This document shows positions 30,785-38,903 of a stretch of 63,171 nucleotides of DNA, in pieces. The position numbers and the translations under genes were made by a program. Each line of letters opens with the position of its first letter. Positions within the stretch are counted from its first letter, which is position 1. This DNA is from Acidimicrobiia bacterium (GTDB taxonomy: Bacteria; Actinomycetota; Acidimicrobiia; Spongiisociales; UBA5794): NCBI GenBank assembly GCA_030599515.1, contig JAUVNV010000001.1, positions 1 to 63,171 on the forward strand. Reading direction: 5' to 3'. The notes under the pieces are model-generated. The model did not search any database and was not told where the DNA came from. It saw nothing but the letters and a program-made list of their open reading frames with translations.

Positions 30785-32098
30785 ATGATCCCCGACCGGC
30801 ACCTTGATCTCTGTTCCGCGCTCACCGTCGGAGCAAACGGCATGCGGTTCGCCGTGATTCCCCTCGACGTCGAACCCCTCTCGTTCGCACGCGCCGGTTC
30901 CGATCGCTTCGAGGGGACCTTCTACTTCTCCTCGCCGGAAGGCTCTGCGGCCGGGGGAGTGGGGATCGCTGCGAAGGCATCGGCATCCGGCGCAGAGAGA
31001 TTCACGCGTCTTCGATCCGCCGTCGATGCGTGGTCGCTCCCCGATCCGTTCCGAGCGTTCGTCGGATTCTCGTTCTCCCCCGACGGACCCACCTCTGAGC
31101 CGTGGGCATCGTTCGGGTCGGCCGACGCGGTCCTCCCGATAGCGACGCTGCTGAGCCACGGCGATGATCGGCATCTGCTTCTTGCGATCCCATCGGGAGT
31201 GGACGCCGGTTCGATCGTCGAGCGCCTCCGTTCGCTCGAGATGCCGCGGGACCCGGTGTATCCCAATCTGGGAGACCACACGCTGGAGTCCTATCCCCCC
31301 GTGTCCGCGTGGACGGCCGCCGTCGCCGAAGCCGTCGTCGCGATCGAAGATGAGATGTTGCGAAAGGTTGTGCTGGCCCGGTCCGTGATCGTTCGATCCG
31401 ACACCGCTCCCGACGGTTTCGACGTCGTGAGTCACCTCGAACGCTCCTATCGGCAGTGCTTCGGCTTCGGGTGGCGAGTCAATGGAGCGACGTTCGTCGG
31501 GGCCAGTCCTGAGCTGCTCGTCCGCTACTCGGAGGGAACCGTGGCTTCGAATCCGCTCGCGGGTACCGCGCCTCGCGGTGAGGGAGAGGCAGAAGATCGC
31601 ACGCTCGCCGAGGCGTTGATGCACTCGGAGAAGGATCGAATCGAGCACCGGTACGTCGTCGATGACGTCGCGGATCGGCTTGCCCCGTTCTCCGACGATC
31701 TGGACGTACCCGCCGATCCGTCCTTGAAACGCATGGCTACCGTGCAGCACCTCTCTACGCGACTCGCCGGCACAACTCGATCTGATGTCCACGTGCTCGA
31801 CCTCGTCGATGCCCTGCACCCGACTCCGGCGGTCGGCGGCACACCGAGAGATCCGGCCCTGGCGTTCATCGAGAAGATCGAGCCGTTCGATCGCGGTTGG
31901 TACACGGGTGGTGTCGGATGGCTCGACGGAGCAGGCGAAGGTGAGTTCGCCATCGGACTCCGCTGTGGGTTGCTTGAGGGAACGAATGCCCACGTCTTCG
32001 CAGGCGCAGGCATCGTCGCGGATTCGGATCCCGACTCAGAGTTGGTCGAGACCCGATTGAAACTGCGGCCCATGCTGGAGTTGTTGGCGGCAACGTAG
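30785..32098 (+). CDS. menF: Isochorismate synthase
   Basis: 437 aa. Chorismate-binding C-terminus LHPTPAVGGTPR ... RGWYTGGVGWLDGAGEGEFAIGLRC. Lies in the men cluster. Confidence 0.88.
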   Translation: MIPDRHLDLCSALTVGANGMRFAVIPLDVEPLSFARAGSDRFEGTFYFSSPEGSAAGGVGIAAKASASGAERFTRLRSAVDAWSLPDPFRAFVGFSFSPDGPTSEPWASFGSADAVLPIATLLSHGDDRHLLLAIPSGVDAGSIVERLRSLEMPRDPVYPNLGDHTLESYPPVSAWTAAVAEAVVAIEDEMLRKVVLARSVIVRSDTAPDGFDVVSHLERSYRQCFGFGWRVNGATFVGASPELLVRYSEGTVASNPLAGTAPRGEGEAEDRTLAEALMHSEKDRIEHRYVVDDVADRLAPFSDDLDVPADPSLKRMATVQHLSTRLAGTTRSDVHVLDLVDALHPTPAVGGTPRDPALAFIEKIEPFDRGWYTGGVGWLDGAGEGEFAIGLRCGLLEGTNAHVFAGAGIVADSDPDSELVETRLKLRPMLELLAAT

Positions 32099-32113
32099 GC
32101 CGCCTCCGGCGGC

Positions 32114-32148
32114 GTACTGAGTATTGAGTACTGAGTACTCAATACTTC
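32114..32148. repeat. Heptad tract J: GTACTGA GTATTGA GTACTGA GTACTCA ATACTTC (near-perfect palindrome)
   Basis: GAGTATTGAGTACT-G-AGTACTCAATACTT is self-complementary. It lies between convergent menF and menD and contains the menD TGA stop. Confidence 0.85.
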
Positions 32149-33833
32149 TGAAGGGCTCTCTTCGCGGCGGCTCGGAGTCTCTTGTGGATCTCGACATTCT
32201 CGAAGCGGTCCGTTCGGATCTCGATGAGGGAGGGGGCCTTGGCTGCTGCGAGCGCCGTCTGGAGATCGCTGATGTCGGTGACCTCGCGGGCCGCAACTCC
32301 GAAGGCCTCTGCGATAGCGACGAGCGACCGTCCGTGCGGGGTGCCGAAGAGCGTCTCGAATCGATCTGGCTCGAGATGATCGGCCTGTGGGAGGAAGTGG
32401 AAGATTCCTCCGCCGTCGTTGTTCACAGCCACGATCGTGACGGGGAGGTTGAGGTGGGCGATGATCCCGAGCGCCGTGGCGTCGTGAAGAACGGAGAGGT
32501 CACCGGCGAGCACGACGACGGGCCGACCGTCGGACGCCGACGCGCCGGCTGCGGCGGAGAGCAAGCCATCGATGCCGTTCGCTCCGCGATTCGACAAGAT
32601 TCCGATCTCGCCGCGAACCGAACCGGAGAACGAATCGAGATCCCTGATCGGCATCGAAGAGGCCGCGAAGATGGTGGTCCCAGCGGGGGTGGACTCCCAT
32701 ACAGCCCTGGCGATCGCCGGTTCATTCGGGAATGGCTCAGTTCCGAGGACCTCTTCCGTGGCGAGGCCCACTGTGTGGTCCGCCTCTCGCCACATCGGAA
32801 GCCACGAACCCGGGGCAGGTGTCACTCGCCCGGAGAGGTCGGCGAACGTCGCTGCCGGATCGGCCCGGTATGCGGTCGTCGCGGTGCCGAGAGGATCGCG
32901 CCACCCCGCATCATCGAGAGTGATCTGTTCGGCACCGGTCTTCTGGAGCCAGGACCAGATCGGGCGGGACGTTGGAATCTGTCCGACCCGGACGATGATC
33001 TCCGGTTCGTGTTCGTGGAAGAACCCGGCTGAGGCAAGGAGGTCGCCGTGTGTGATCGTCGACGCCGATGGGAAACGGCACTGGATGTCTGCCACGACGG
33101 GAACCGAAATCTCACCGGAGAGCATGGCTGAGGCGACTGCGAAGCCGGGACGCTGGTGCCCGCCGGCAACGATGAGGGTTCGCCGGCCCGAGAGGCGCTC
33201 GCCGAGCTCGATGAGATCCTCGGGTGGAAGACGCACCTCACCGCGACGGTGCCTGAGCATCGTCGGATCTGCCGGCTCGGTCGGCGTGGCGAGCGGTTCT
33301 CGGAACGGGAAGTTCAAGTGGACCGGGCCCTGGGGGGCGTCGAGGGCAGCCGACCATGCCCGGAGAGCAAGCGACGGTGCACCGGCGGCGACGGCTTCGT
33401 CGGGAACACCGGCGTCGTGGGACATTCGGACGGCGGATCCATAGAGATCGATCTGGTCGATTGTCTGGGGCGCGGCCACACCACGAAGTTCGGGGGGGCG
33501 ATCCGCCGTCAGGACCAGGAGCGGCACCCGGGCGTGGTTCGCCTCGACCACCGACGGAAGGTAATTCGCCGTGGCCGTGCCGGATGTGCATATGAGTGCC
33601 GCCGGGACACCGCTTCGTTTGGCGATGCCGAGAGCGAAGAAGCCGGCCGACCGTTCGTCGAGCACTACGTGACTGGTGATCCTCGGATCCGAGGCGAAGG
33701 CCAGAGCGATCGGTGTGCTCCGTGAACCGGGGGAGATGACGGCATGGCGCAGGCCAAGATCGGCGAGCGCGCCCGCCAGCCGTGTCGTGAAAGCTTCTGC
33801 TGGGTCCACAACGGCGAGGTTACCGCCGGTCAC
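32139..33833 (-). CDS. menD: 2-succinyl-5-enolpyruvyl-6-hydroxy-3-cyclohexene-1-carboxylate (SEPHCHC) synthase
   Basis: ThDP enzyme with LAGDLSVLHD. The GTG start at 33833 overlaps the menA TGA (GTGA). The track ORF to 34199 is over-extended. Confidence 0.9.
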   Translation of the reverse strand: MTGGNLAVVDPAEAFTTRLAGALADLGLRHAVISPGSRSTPIALAFASDPRITSHVVLDERSAGFFALGIAKRSGVPAALICTSGTATANYLPSVVEANHARVPLLVLTADRPPELRGVAAPQTIDQIDLYGSAVRMSHDAGVPDEAVAAGAPSLALRAWSAALDAPQGPVHLNFPFREPLATPTEPADPTMLRHRRGEVRLPPEDLIELGERLSGRRTLIVAGGHQRPGFAVASAMLSGEISVPVVADIQCRFPSASTITHGDLLASAGFFHEHEPEIIVRVGQIPTSRPIWSWLQKTGAEQITLDDAGWRDPLGTATTAYRADPAATFADLSGRVTPAPGSWLPMWREADHTVGLATEEVLGTEPFPNEPAIARAVWESTPAGTTIFAASSMPIRDLDSFSGSVRGEIGILSNRGANGIDGLLSAAAGASASDGRPVVVLAGDLSVLHDATALGIIAHLNLPVTIVAVNNDGGGIFHFLPQADHLEPDRFETLFGTPHGRSLVAIAEAFGVAAREVTDISDLQTALAAAKAPSLIEIRTDRFENVEIHKRLRAAAKRALQKY

Positions 33834-34702
33834 GCGATCAGGACTCCCGCAGCGAGCAGGGCGGCGAAAACGAGTTGGAGCCGCGCTGTGACCTTGAGCA
33901 CCCTGATGAGCGGCGGCCCGGCGGTCTCCGCGAAGATCGTTCTGATGGGTCGCACCGTGAGGGGGAGCGCCAGGAGCGTGAGCAGTGACCAGGTCGGGAG
34001 CACACCGACACGCACGGCTGCGGCAACGACGGTGAAGGATCCGAGAACCATGACGGCGTAGAGCCACCGCGCCGGTTCGCGTCCGACCATCACCGCGAGC
34101 GTGCGCTTGCCTGCGACCCGATCTGTGTCGCTGTCTCTCACGTTGTTCGCAACAAGGATCGCTGCGGCGAGAAGGCCCATGGCGATCGCGCTCACCCACG
34201 CATCCGCCGGCGCGGTCCGGTCATAGACGTAGCGTGTGCCAACGGTGGCGACGAGGCCGAAGAAGACGAAGACGAAGAGCTCACCGAGTCCGTAGTACCC
34301 GTAGGGGATCGGACCGTTCGTGTAAGCGAGCGCTGCGATGATCGAGATGATGCCGATGGCGAGGATCACCCACCCGGCGAGCCAGATCAGGTAGACCCCG
34401 GCGATCGCCGCGACTCCGAAAGCGATCATGATCCCGCGTTTCATGTCCGCTGCGCTCAGCAGTCCTGTCGCCACAGCGCGAGTGGGCCCAATTCGGGCTT
34501 CGGTGTCCGTTCCCTTCTGGGCATCGGCAAGGTCATTCGCGAAGTTCACCCCCACCTGGATCGCGAGCGCCGAGAACAGGATGATGACGAACGCATCCCA
34601 TCGGAATACCCCGGCAGCCCCGGCAAGCGCACTACCAACGATGACAGGCGCCGCCGCAGCCGGCAGCGTCGCCGGCCGAGAAGCAAGGACCCAGGGATTC
34701 AT
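33830..34702 (-). CDS. menA: 1,4-dihydroxy-2-naphthoate polyprenyltransferase
   Basis: UbiA-family membrane protein with the Asp-rich motifs NFANDLADAQKGTD and NNVRDSDTDRVAGKRT. Confidence 0.9.
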   Translation of the reverse strand: MNPWVLASRPATLPAAAAPVIVGSALAGAAGVFRWDAFVIILFSALAIQVGVNFANDLADAQKGTDTEARIGPTRAVATGLLSAADMKRGIMIAFGVAAIAGVYLIWLAGWVILAIGIISIIAALAYTNGPIPYGYYGLGELFVFVFFGLVATVGTRYVYDRTAPADAWVSAIAMGLLAAAILVANNVRDSDTDRVAGKRTLAVMVGREPARWLYAVMVLGSFTVVAAAVRVGVLPTWSLLTLLALPLTVRPIRTIFAETAGPPLIRVLKVTARLQLVFAALLAAGVLIA

Positions 34703-34717
34703 TTGGCGCTCCGCGCC

Positions 34718-34808
34718 GTACTGAGTACCGAGTACTGAGTACCGAGTACTGGTGCAGGGGGACAGGCAGAGTAACCCGGCCTCCTGTTGCCTGTCTCCTG
34801 TTGCCTGT
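34718..34808. repeat. Heptad tract K: (GTACTGA GTACCGA)x2 GTACTGG ... (CTCCTGT TGCCTGT)x2
   Basis: 13 units (91 bp) in one register. The tract lies between the menB stop and the menA start, both on the minus strand. Confidence 0.8.
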
Positions 34809-34812
34809 CACC

Positions 34813-34830
34813 GGCTGGCAGCTGCCAGCC
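34813..34830 (-). terminator. Perfect 18-nt palindrome GGCTGGCAGCTGCCAGCC, 2 nt after the menB stop
   Basis: Read directly from the sequence. It could act as a partial terminator or attenuator between menB and menA. No U-tract. Confidence 0.4.
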
Positions 34831-34832
34831 TT

Positions 34833-35723
34833 TCAGAAGTGCCACGGGAAGTTGCTGTAGTCCTGGTCGCGTTTCTCGAGGAACGCGTCACGGCCTTCCT
34901 CGGCTTCGTCCGTGCCGTAGGCCAGACGGGTTGCCTCGCCCGCGAAGAGTTGCTGACCGACGAGTCCGTCATCGGGGAGATTGAAGGCGTACTTCAGCAT
35001 TCGCTGGGACGTCGGACTCTTTGTAACGATCTCCCGCGCCCACTCGAGTGCGACGGTCTCGAGATCGGTGTGATCCACGACGGCGTTGACCATCCCCATC
35101 TCGTACGCGTCCTGAGCCGAGTACTCACGGCCGAGGAAGAACACTTCTCTGGCGCGCTTCTGACCAACCTGGCGGGCGAGGAGCGCAGATCCGTACCCGC
35201 CGTCGAAGGAGGCGACGTCGGCGTCGGTCTGCTTGAACACGGCGTGCTCCCGTGAGGCGAGCGTGAGGTCGCACACGACGTGGAGGCTGTGACCACCGCC
35301 GACCGCCCACCCGGGAACGACCGCGATCACGACTTTGGGCATGAAGCGGATCAGGCGCTGTACCTCCAGGATGTGGAGTCGTCCGAGTCTTGCAGCGTCA
35401 ACTCCTTCGACCCCTTCGTACCGGTAGCCGTCGGCTCCACGAATCCGCTGATCCCCGCCCGAGCAGAAAGCCCAGCCGCCGTCCTTCGGCGACGGACCGT
35501 TTCCGGTCAGGAGCACCGCTCCCACGTCGGAGGTCATGCGGGCATGATCGAGCGCCGTGTACAGCTCATCGACGGTGTGCGGGCGGAACGCGTTACGAAC
35601 CTCGGGCCGATCGAATGCGACCCGAACGGCACCGATCTCCGTGGATCGGTGATAGGTGATGTCGGTGAAGTCGAACCCCTCAACGGGGTCCCACGCGGCC
35701 TGGTCGAATATCTCAGAAGTCAC
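34833..35723 (-). CDS. menB: 1,4-dihydroxy-2-naphthoyl-CoA synthase
   Basis: Crotonase fold with DITYHRS ... RVAFDRPEVRNAF and CSGGDQR. I chose the GTG 35723 start by comparison with the usual MenB N-terminal length. Confidence 0.9.
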   Translation of the reverse strand: MTSEIFDQAAWDPVEGFDFTDITYHRSTEIGAVRVAFDRPEVRNAFRPHTVDELYTALDHARMTSDVGAVLLTGNGPSPKDGGWAFCSGGDQRIRGADGYRYEGVEGVDAARLGRLHILEVQRLIRFMPKVVIAVVPGWAVGGGHSLHVVCDLTLASREHAVFKQTDADVASFDGGYGSALLARQVGQKRAREVFFLGREYSAQDAYEMGMVNAVVDHTDLETVALEWAREIVTKSPTSQRMLKYAFNLPDDGLVGQQLFAGEATRLAYGTDEAEEGRDAFLEKRDQDYSNFPWHF

Positions 35724-35730
35724 GAGGCGA

Positions 35731-35737
35731 TACTGTA
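35731..35737. promoter_or_regulatory. Palindromic TACTGTA, a candidate shared -10 element for divergent menB and menE
   Basis: TACAGT on the minus strand ends 8 nt before the menB GTG, which is leaderless-type spacing. TACTGT on the plus strand ends 10 nt before ATG 35747 of menE. Confidence 0.3.
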
Positions 35738-37030
35738 GTGATCGCCATGACCGACACCCTGCCACACCAATGGGTGAAGATCCACGCAGGGGCGAATCCC
35801 GATGCCCCTGCAGTGACCTTCGCCGGCGGTTGGATCTCATACGCGGAGCTCGACCGCCGGGCGAACGCGCATGCGCAGACCCTCCTCGACGAAGGCGTCG
35901 AACCCGGTGCCGTGGTTCCCCTTGTCGCGACCGTGACTCTCGAGACCATCATCGCCCTGGTCGCCGTACCGCTGCTCGGAGCTGTGCCGGCACCGTACGG
36001 GCCACATCGCGTCGACGTGAACGGCGCTGCAGCCGGGAACGCGTACGCCATCGTCCCGACATCCGGAAGCGCCGGGTATCCGAGAGGTGTCATCCTCACC
36101 TCGGGGAACGTGACGGCGGCCGTCGAAGCCTCCCGGCATCGACTTGGAAACGATTTCGGCGATCGGTGGCTGCTGACGCTCCCTCTGTTCCACGTGGGAG
36201 GCCTCTCCGTCGTGTGGAGGAGTCTCACCGCGGGTGGCTCGATCGAGCTCCATGCACGTTTCGACGCGGTCGCGGTGGCACGGAGTCTCAAAGGAGGATC
36301 CGTGTCGATGGCGAGCCTCGTCCCAACGATGCTCCACAGGATCCTCGAGGTCGATCCGGGCCCCTACGACGGCATCAAAGGAGTTCTACTGGGCGGCGCG
36401 CCCGCGAGCCGGGACCTCGTCGAGCGTGGACTCGCGGCCGGCCTTCCGGTGCTCCAGACGTACGGGATGACCGAGACCTGCTCGCAGGTCGCCACCGTCG
36501 AACCGGGGAGTGAGCGACAGTCGCTCGGGACCGCGGGTCGTCTCCTCGACGGTTTCGTTGTGTCCTTCGACGAAAGCGAGATTCTCCTCGACGGCCCTGC
36601 GGTCTCTCCCGGGTACTTCGGGGAGGCGCCACGGATCGGTCCGTACCGAACCGGTGATCTGGGGCACATGGATGCTGAGGGAAGATTGATCGTCACCGGC
36701 AGGAGCGACGAGCTGATCTTGACTGGGGGAGAGAGCGTTCGTCCTTCGGCCATCGAAGCCGCGATCGAGACGATCCCGCTGGCAGCACACGCCGTGGTGG
36801 TCGGCGTCGACGACGAGGAGTGGGGACAGGTCGTGGTGGCCGTCGTCGCGACGGAACCACCCTGCATGCCCGACATCGAAGCCGCAGTGGCAGGTCGCCT
36901 TGCTCGTCACGAGATCCCGAAACACTGGATTCAAGTCGACGCCATCCCGCTTCTCGCCAACGGCAAGCCAGATCGGGCGGCAACAGCAGCCTTGGCAGGC
37001 CGAGTACTGAGAAAACGCGCGGATAGGTGA
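35738..37030 (+). CDS. menE: o-succinylbenzoate--CoA ligase
   Basis: AMP-binding motifs VPTSGSAGYPRGV, YGMTET and YRTGDLG. The start is GTG 35738 or ATG 35747. Confidence 0.88.
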   Translation: MIAMTDTLPHQWVKIHAGANPDAPAVTFAGGWISYAELDRRANAHAQTLLDEGVEPGAVVPLVATVTLETIIALVAVPLLGAVPAPYGPHRVDVNGAAAGNAYAIVPTSGSAGYPRGVILTSGNVTAAVEASRHRLGNDFGDRWLLTLPLFHVGGLSVVWRSLTAGGSIELHARFDAVAVARSLKGGSVSMASLVPTMLHRILEVDPGPYDGIKGVLLGGAPASRDLVERGLAAGLPVLQTYGMTETCSQVATVEPGSERQSLGTAGRLLDGFVVSFDESEILLDGPAVSPGYFGEAPRIGPYRTGDLGHMDAEGRLIVTGRSDELILTGGESVRPSAIEAAIETIPLAAHAVVVGVDDEEWGQVVVAVVATEPPCMPDIEAAVAGRLARHEIPKHWIQVDAIPLLANGKPDRAATAALAGRVLRKRADR

Positions 37031-37063
37031 ATGACTCGTCTCCAAATGTGCTCTGAACAGGTC

Positions 37064-37083
37064 CCCCCGCCCGGAGGCGGGGG
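37064..37083 (+). terminator. GC hairpin CCCCCGCC-CGGA-GGCGGGGG after menE
   Basis: 8-bp GC stem 34 nt after the menE stop. No clear U-tract. Confidence 0.5.
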
Positions 37084-37132
37084 ATCTGATTGAGGCGACC
37101 GGCTGCCGATCCCCTTTTCGCTGATCTTCTGA

Positions 37133-37160
37133 GTACCGAGTACCGAGTACTCAGTTACTC
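37133..37160. repeat. Heptad tract L: GTACCGA GTACCGA GTACTCA GTTACTC
   Basis: Four units. The minus-strand TAA stop of the nitrilase gene (37155-37157) lies in the last unit. Confidence 0.75.
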
Positions 37161-38096
37161 GATCTCCCCGAACACAACGGGGTCCTTCTTGTTTTCGTCG
37201 ACGGTCAGGCGGAACACGTCCGGTCTTGCGTAGTGACCGACCGGGTCGAAATCGAACGTGCCGCGGGTGATCTCTCCGAGATCCAGCTCAGCGGTGAGGA
37301 TCGTCTCCCCGCTCCGATCGGGTCCGGCGAGGAACCGGCCGTGAGGATCGACGATGCAGCTTCCCCCGCCGATGAGGACGGTGTCCGGATCGTTTCCGTA
37401 CGCCGTGTCGTAGTCGAACGGGTAGTCGCCCCGGGTCGCGTATTGATTCGCCGACAGGACGAATGTCCTGCCTTCGAGAGCGATGTGCTGCATCGACGAC
37501 GCCCATCGGTCGCGATCGTCGACGGTGGGGGCACACCAGACCTGTACACCTTTGGCATACATCGCCGTACGGTACAGCGGCATGTAGTTCTCCCAGCAGA
37601 TCGCCGCACCGAGGCGGCCGACCGGTGTGTTGATGACCGGCATCGTGGATCCATCGCCGAAACCCCAGACGAGCCGTTCTGCCGCGGTCGGCATCAGCTT
37701 GCGGTGGACACCGAGGAGTCGTCCGTCCGGACCGAGGAAGATCACCGAGCAGTAGAGCGTTCCTTGCTCCCTCTCGATGACACCAGCGACGAGGTACACG
37801 CCCGCTGCTGCCTCAGCGATAGCGTCGAGAGAGGGTCCGGGGATCGTGATGGCTGCCTCCGCGTATCGTCGGAACCAGTCGCGGCCGTCTTCGGTTCGGC
37901 TTCCGACGACGGTGCCGAAGTCGTGGCCCTTGGGATATCCGCCGACGAACGCCTCAGGGAAGACGACGAGTTCAGACCCACGGCTTCTGGCATCGGCGGT
38001 GATGTCGCCGAGCTTCTCGATGGTCGCCGGGGTATCGAAAGCGATCGATCCGGCCTGTACGACCGACGCGATCACAGGTGGGTGGGGAGGGTTCAT
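37155..38096 (-). CDS. Nitrilase / cyanide hydratase family carbon-nitrogen hydrolase
   Basis: Glu-Lys-Cys triad contexts VVFPEAF, HRKLMPT and AAICWENYMP. Confidence 0.88.
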   Translation of the reverse strand: MNPPHPPVIASVVQAGSIAFDTPATIEKLGDITADARSRGSELVVFPEAFVGGYPKGHDFGTVVGSRTEDGRDWFRRYAEAAITIPGPSLDAIAEAAAGVYLVAGVIEREQGTLYCSVIFLGPDGRLLGVHRKLMPTAAERLVWGFGDGSTMPVINTPVGRLGAAICWENYMPLYRTAMYAKGVQVWCAPTVDDRDRWASSMQHIALEGRTFVLSANQYATRGDYPFDYDTAYGNDPDTVLIGGGSCIVDPHGRFLAGPDRSGETILTAELDLGEITRGTFDFDPVGHYARPDVFRLTVDENKKDPVVFGEIE

Positions 38097-38105
38097 GGTC
38101 GGACC

Positions 38106-38903
38106 CTACCGGAGCCCGATCGTCTCCTCGACGATGCGGAGAAAGTCCTCCGGTTCCCGGCTGAAGAGCGACGCACCCCGGTCGAGTGCGCTTGTCCGCA
38201 GTTGGCTGCGTCGTTCGGCCGAGCGGAGAGCGAGTGCCGCAAAGCCCTCATCGTCGGCGTGCAACTCGCACACGCCGAGCAGCACCGTATGGTCGTGTTC
38301 GAGGCCCAGGTCGTCGCCGAGAAGGGTGTACGGGCCGAGGAACTTGTTCGGCGCATCGAGCGCTTCGAGTTGATATCGGAGGTACTTGACCCGTCGCCTC
38401 CAACTATGGAACGCCGCGGCCGTTGGGGCCGCGCGAACGGTCTCGAGGTCAACGAGTCCGCGTCGGTAGGTCCGGAGAAGACCTGCCCCGATGGACCGTG
38501 AGTCCGGCCCGTGCCAATCGAGGAGCCGCCACCGTCCGGCGATGGCTTCGAGGCGGTGCAGGGCCTCGAGCCGAAACACCGACTCGAGAGCTGCCATCGC
38601 CGTGGCGTAGTCCTCGTCGAGCACGCCCAGAACGAGATCCGAAGCGTCGAGAACCCGGGCGGTATCGATGAGCACATAGGCGTCACGCGCCGGCGCAAGG
38701 AGGCGGGCGGTGTCCCGGAGGGCACCATTCTCCGTTCGGTACGTCGACGTACCGATCGATCGGCGAGCCAACCGAAGGAAGGCCCTGAGCCGTTTGATTC
38801 CCTTGCGAGTCGCGTGGACCGTTCCGTCGATGTCGGCCGGGTCGGCCAATCCCTCGGTGAGACGTTCGAGTCGGGCGACCTCCTTTGCAGCAAGGGACTT
38901 CAT
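38106..38903 (-). CDS. CHAD domain protein
   Basis: 265 aa, all-helical and rich in Arg/His, with repeated HxxRK/R patterns (HATRKGIKRLR, FHSWRRRVKYLRY). ATGA overlap with the upstream GH57 gene. Confidence 0.65.
   Translation of the reverse strand: MKSLAAKEVARLERLTEGLADPADIDGTVHATRKGIKRLRAFLRLARRSIGTSTYRTENGALRDTARLLAPARDAYVLIDTARVLDASDLVLGVLDEDYATAMAALESVFRLEALHRLEAIAGRWRLLDWHGPDSRSIGAGLLRTYRRGLVDLETVRAAPTAAAFHSWRRRVKYLRYQLEALDAPNKFLGPYTLLGDDLGLEHDHTVLLGVCELHADDEGFAALALRSAERRSQLRTSALDRGASLFSREPEDFLRIVEETIGLR

Noticed and set aside
33834-34199. N-terminal extension of the menD ORF, and similar over-extensions at 13963, 44029-45396, 46447, 47235, 52708, 53527-54690, 54323, 58142-59401, 60441 and 61398-62153
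   Set aside because: The extensions overlap the neighbouring gene or are Arg-rich junk. Internal starts with ATGA/GTGA coupling, a Shine-Dalgarno sequence or family-typical N-termini were chosen instead.
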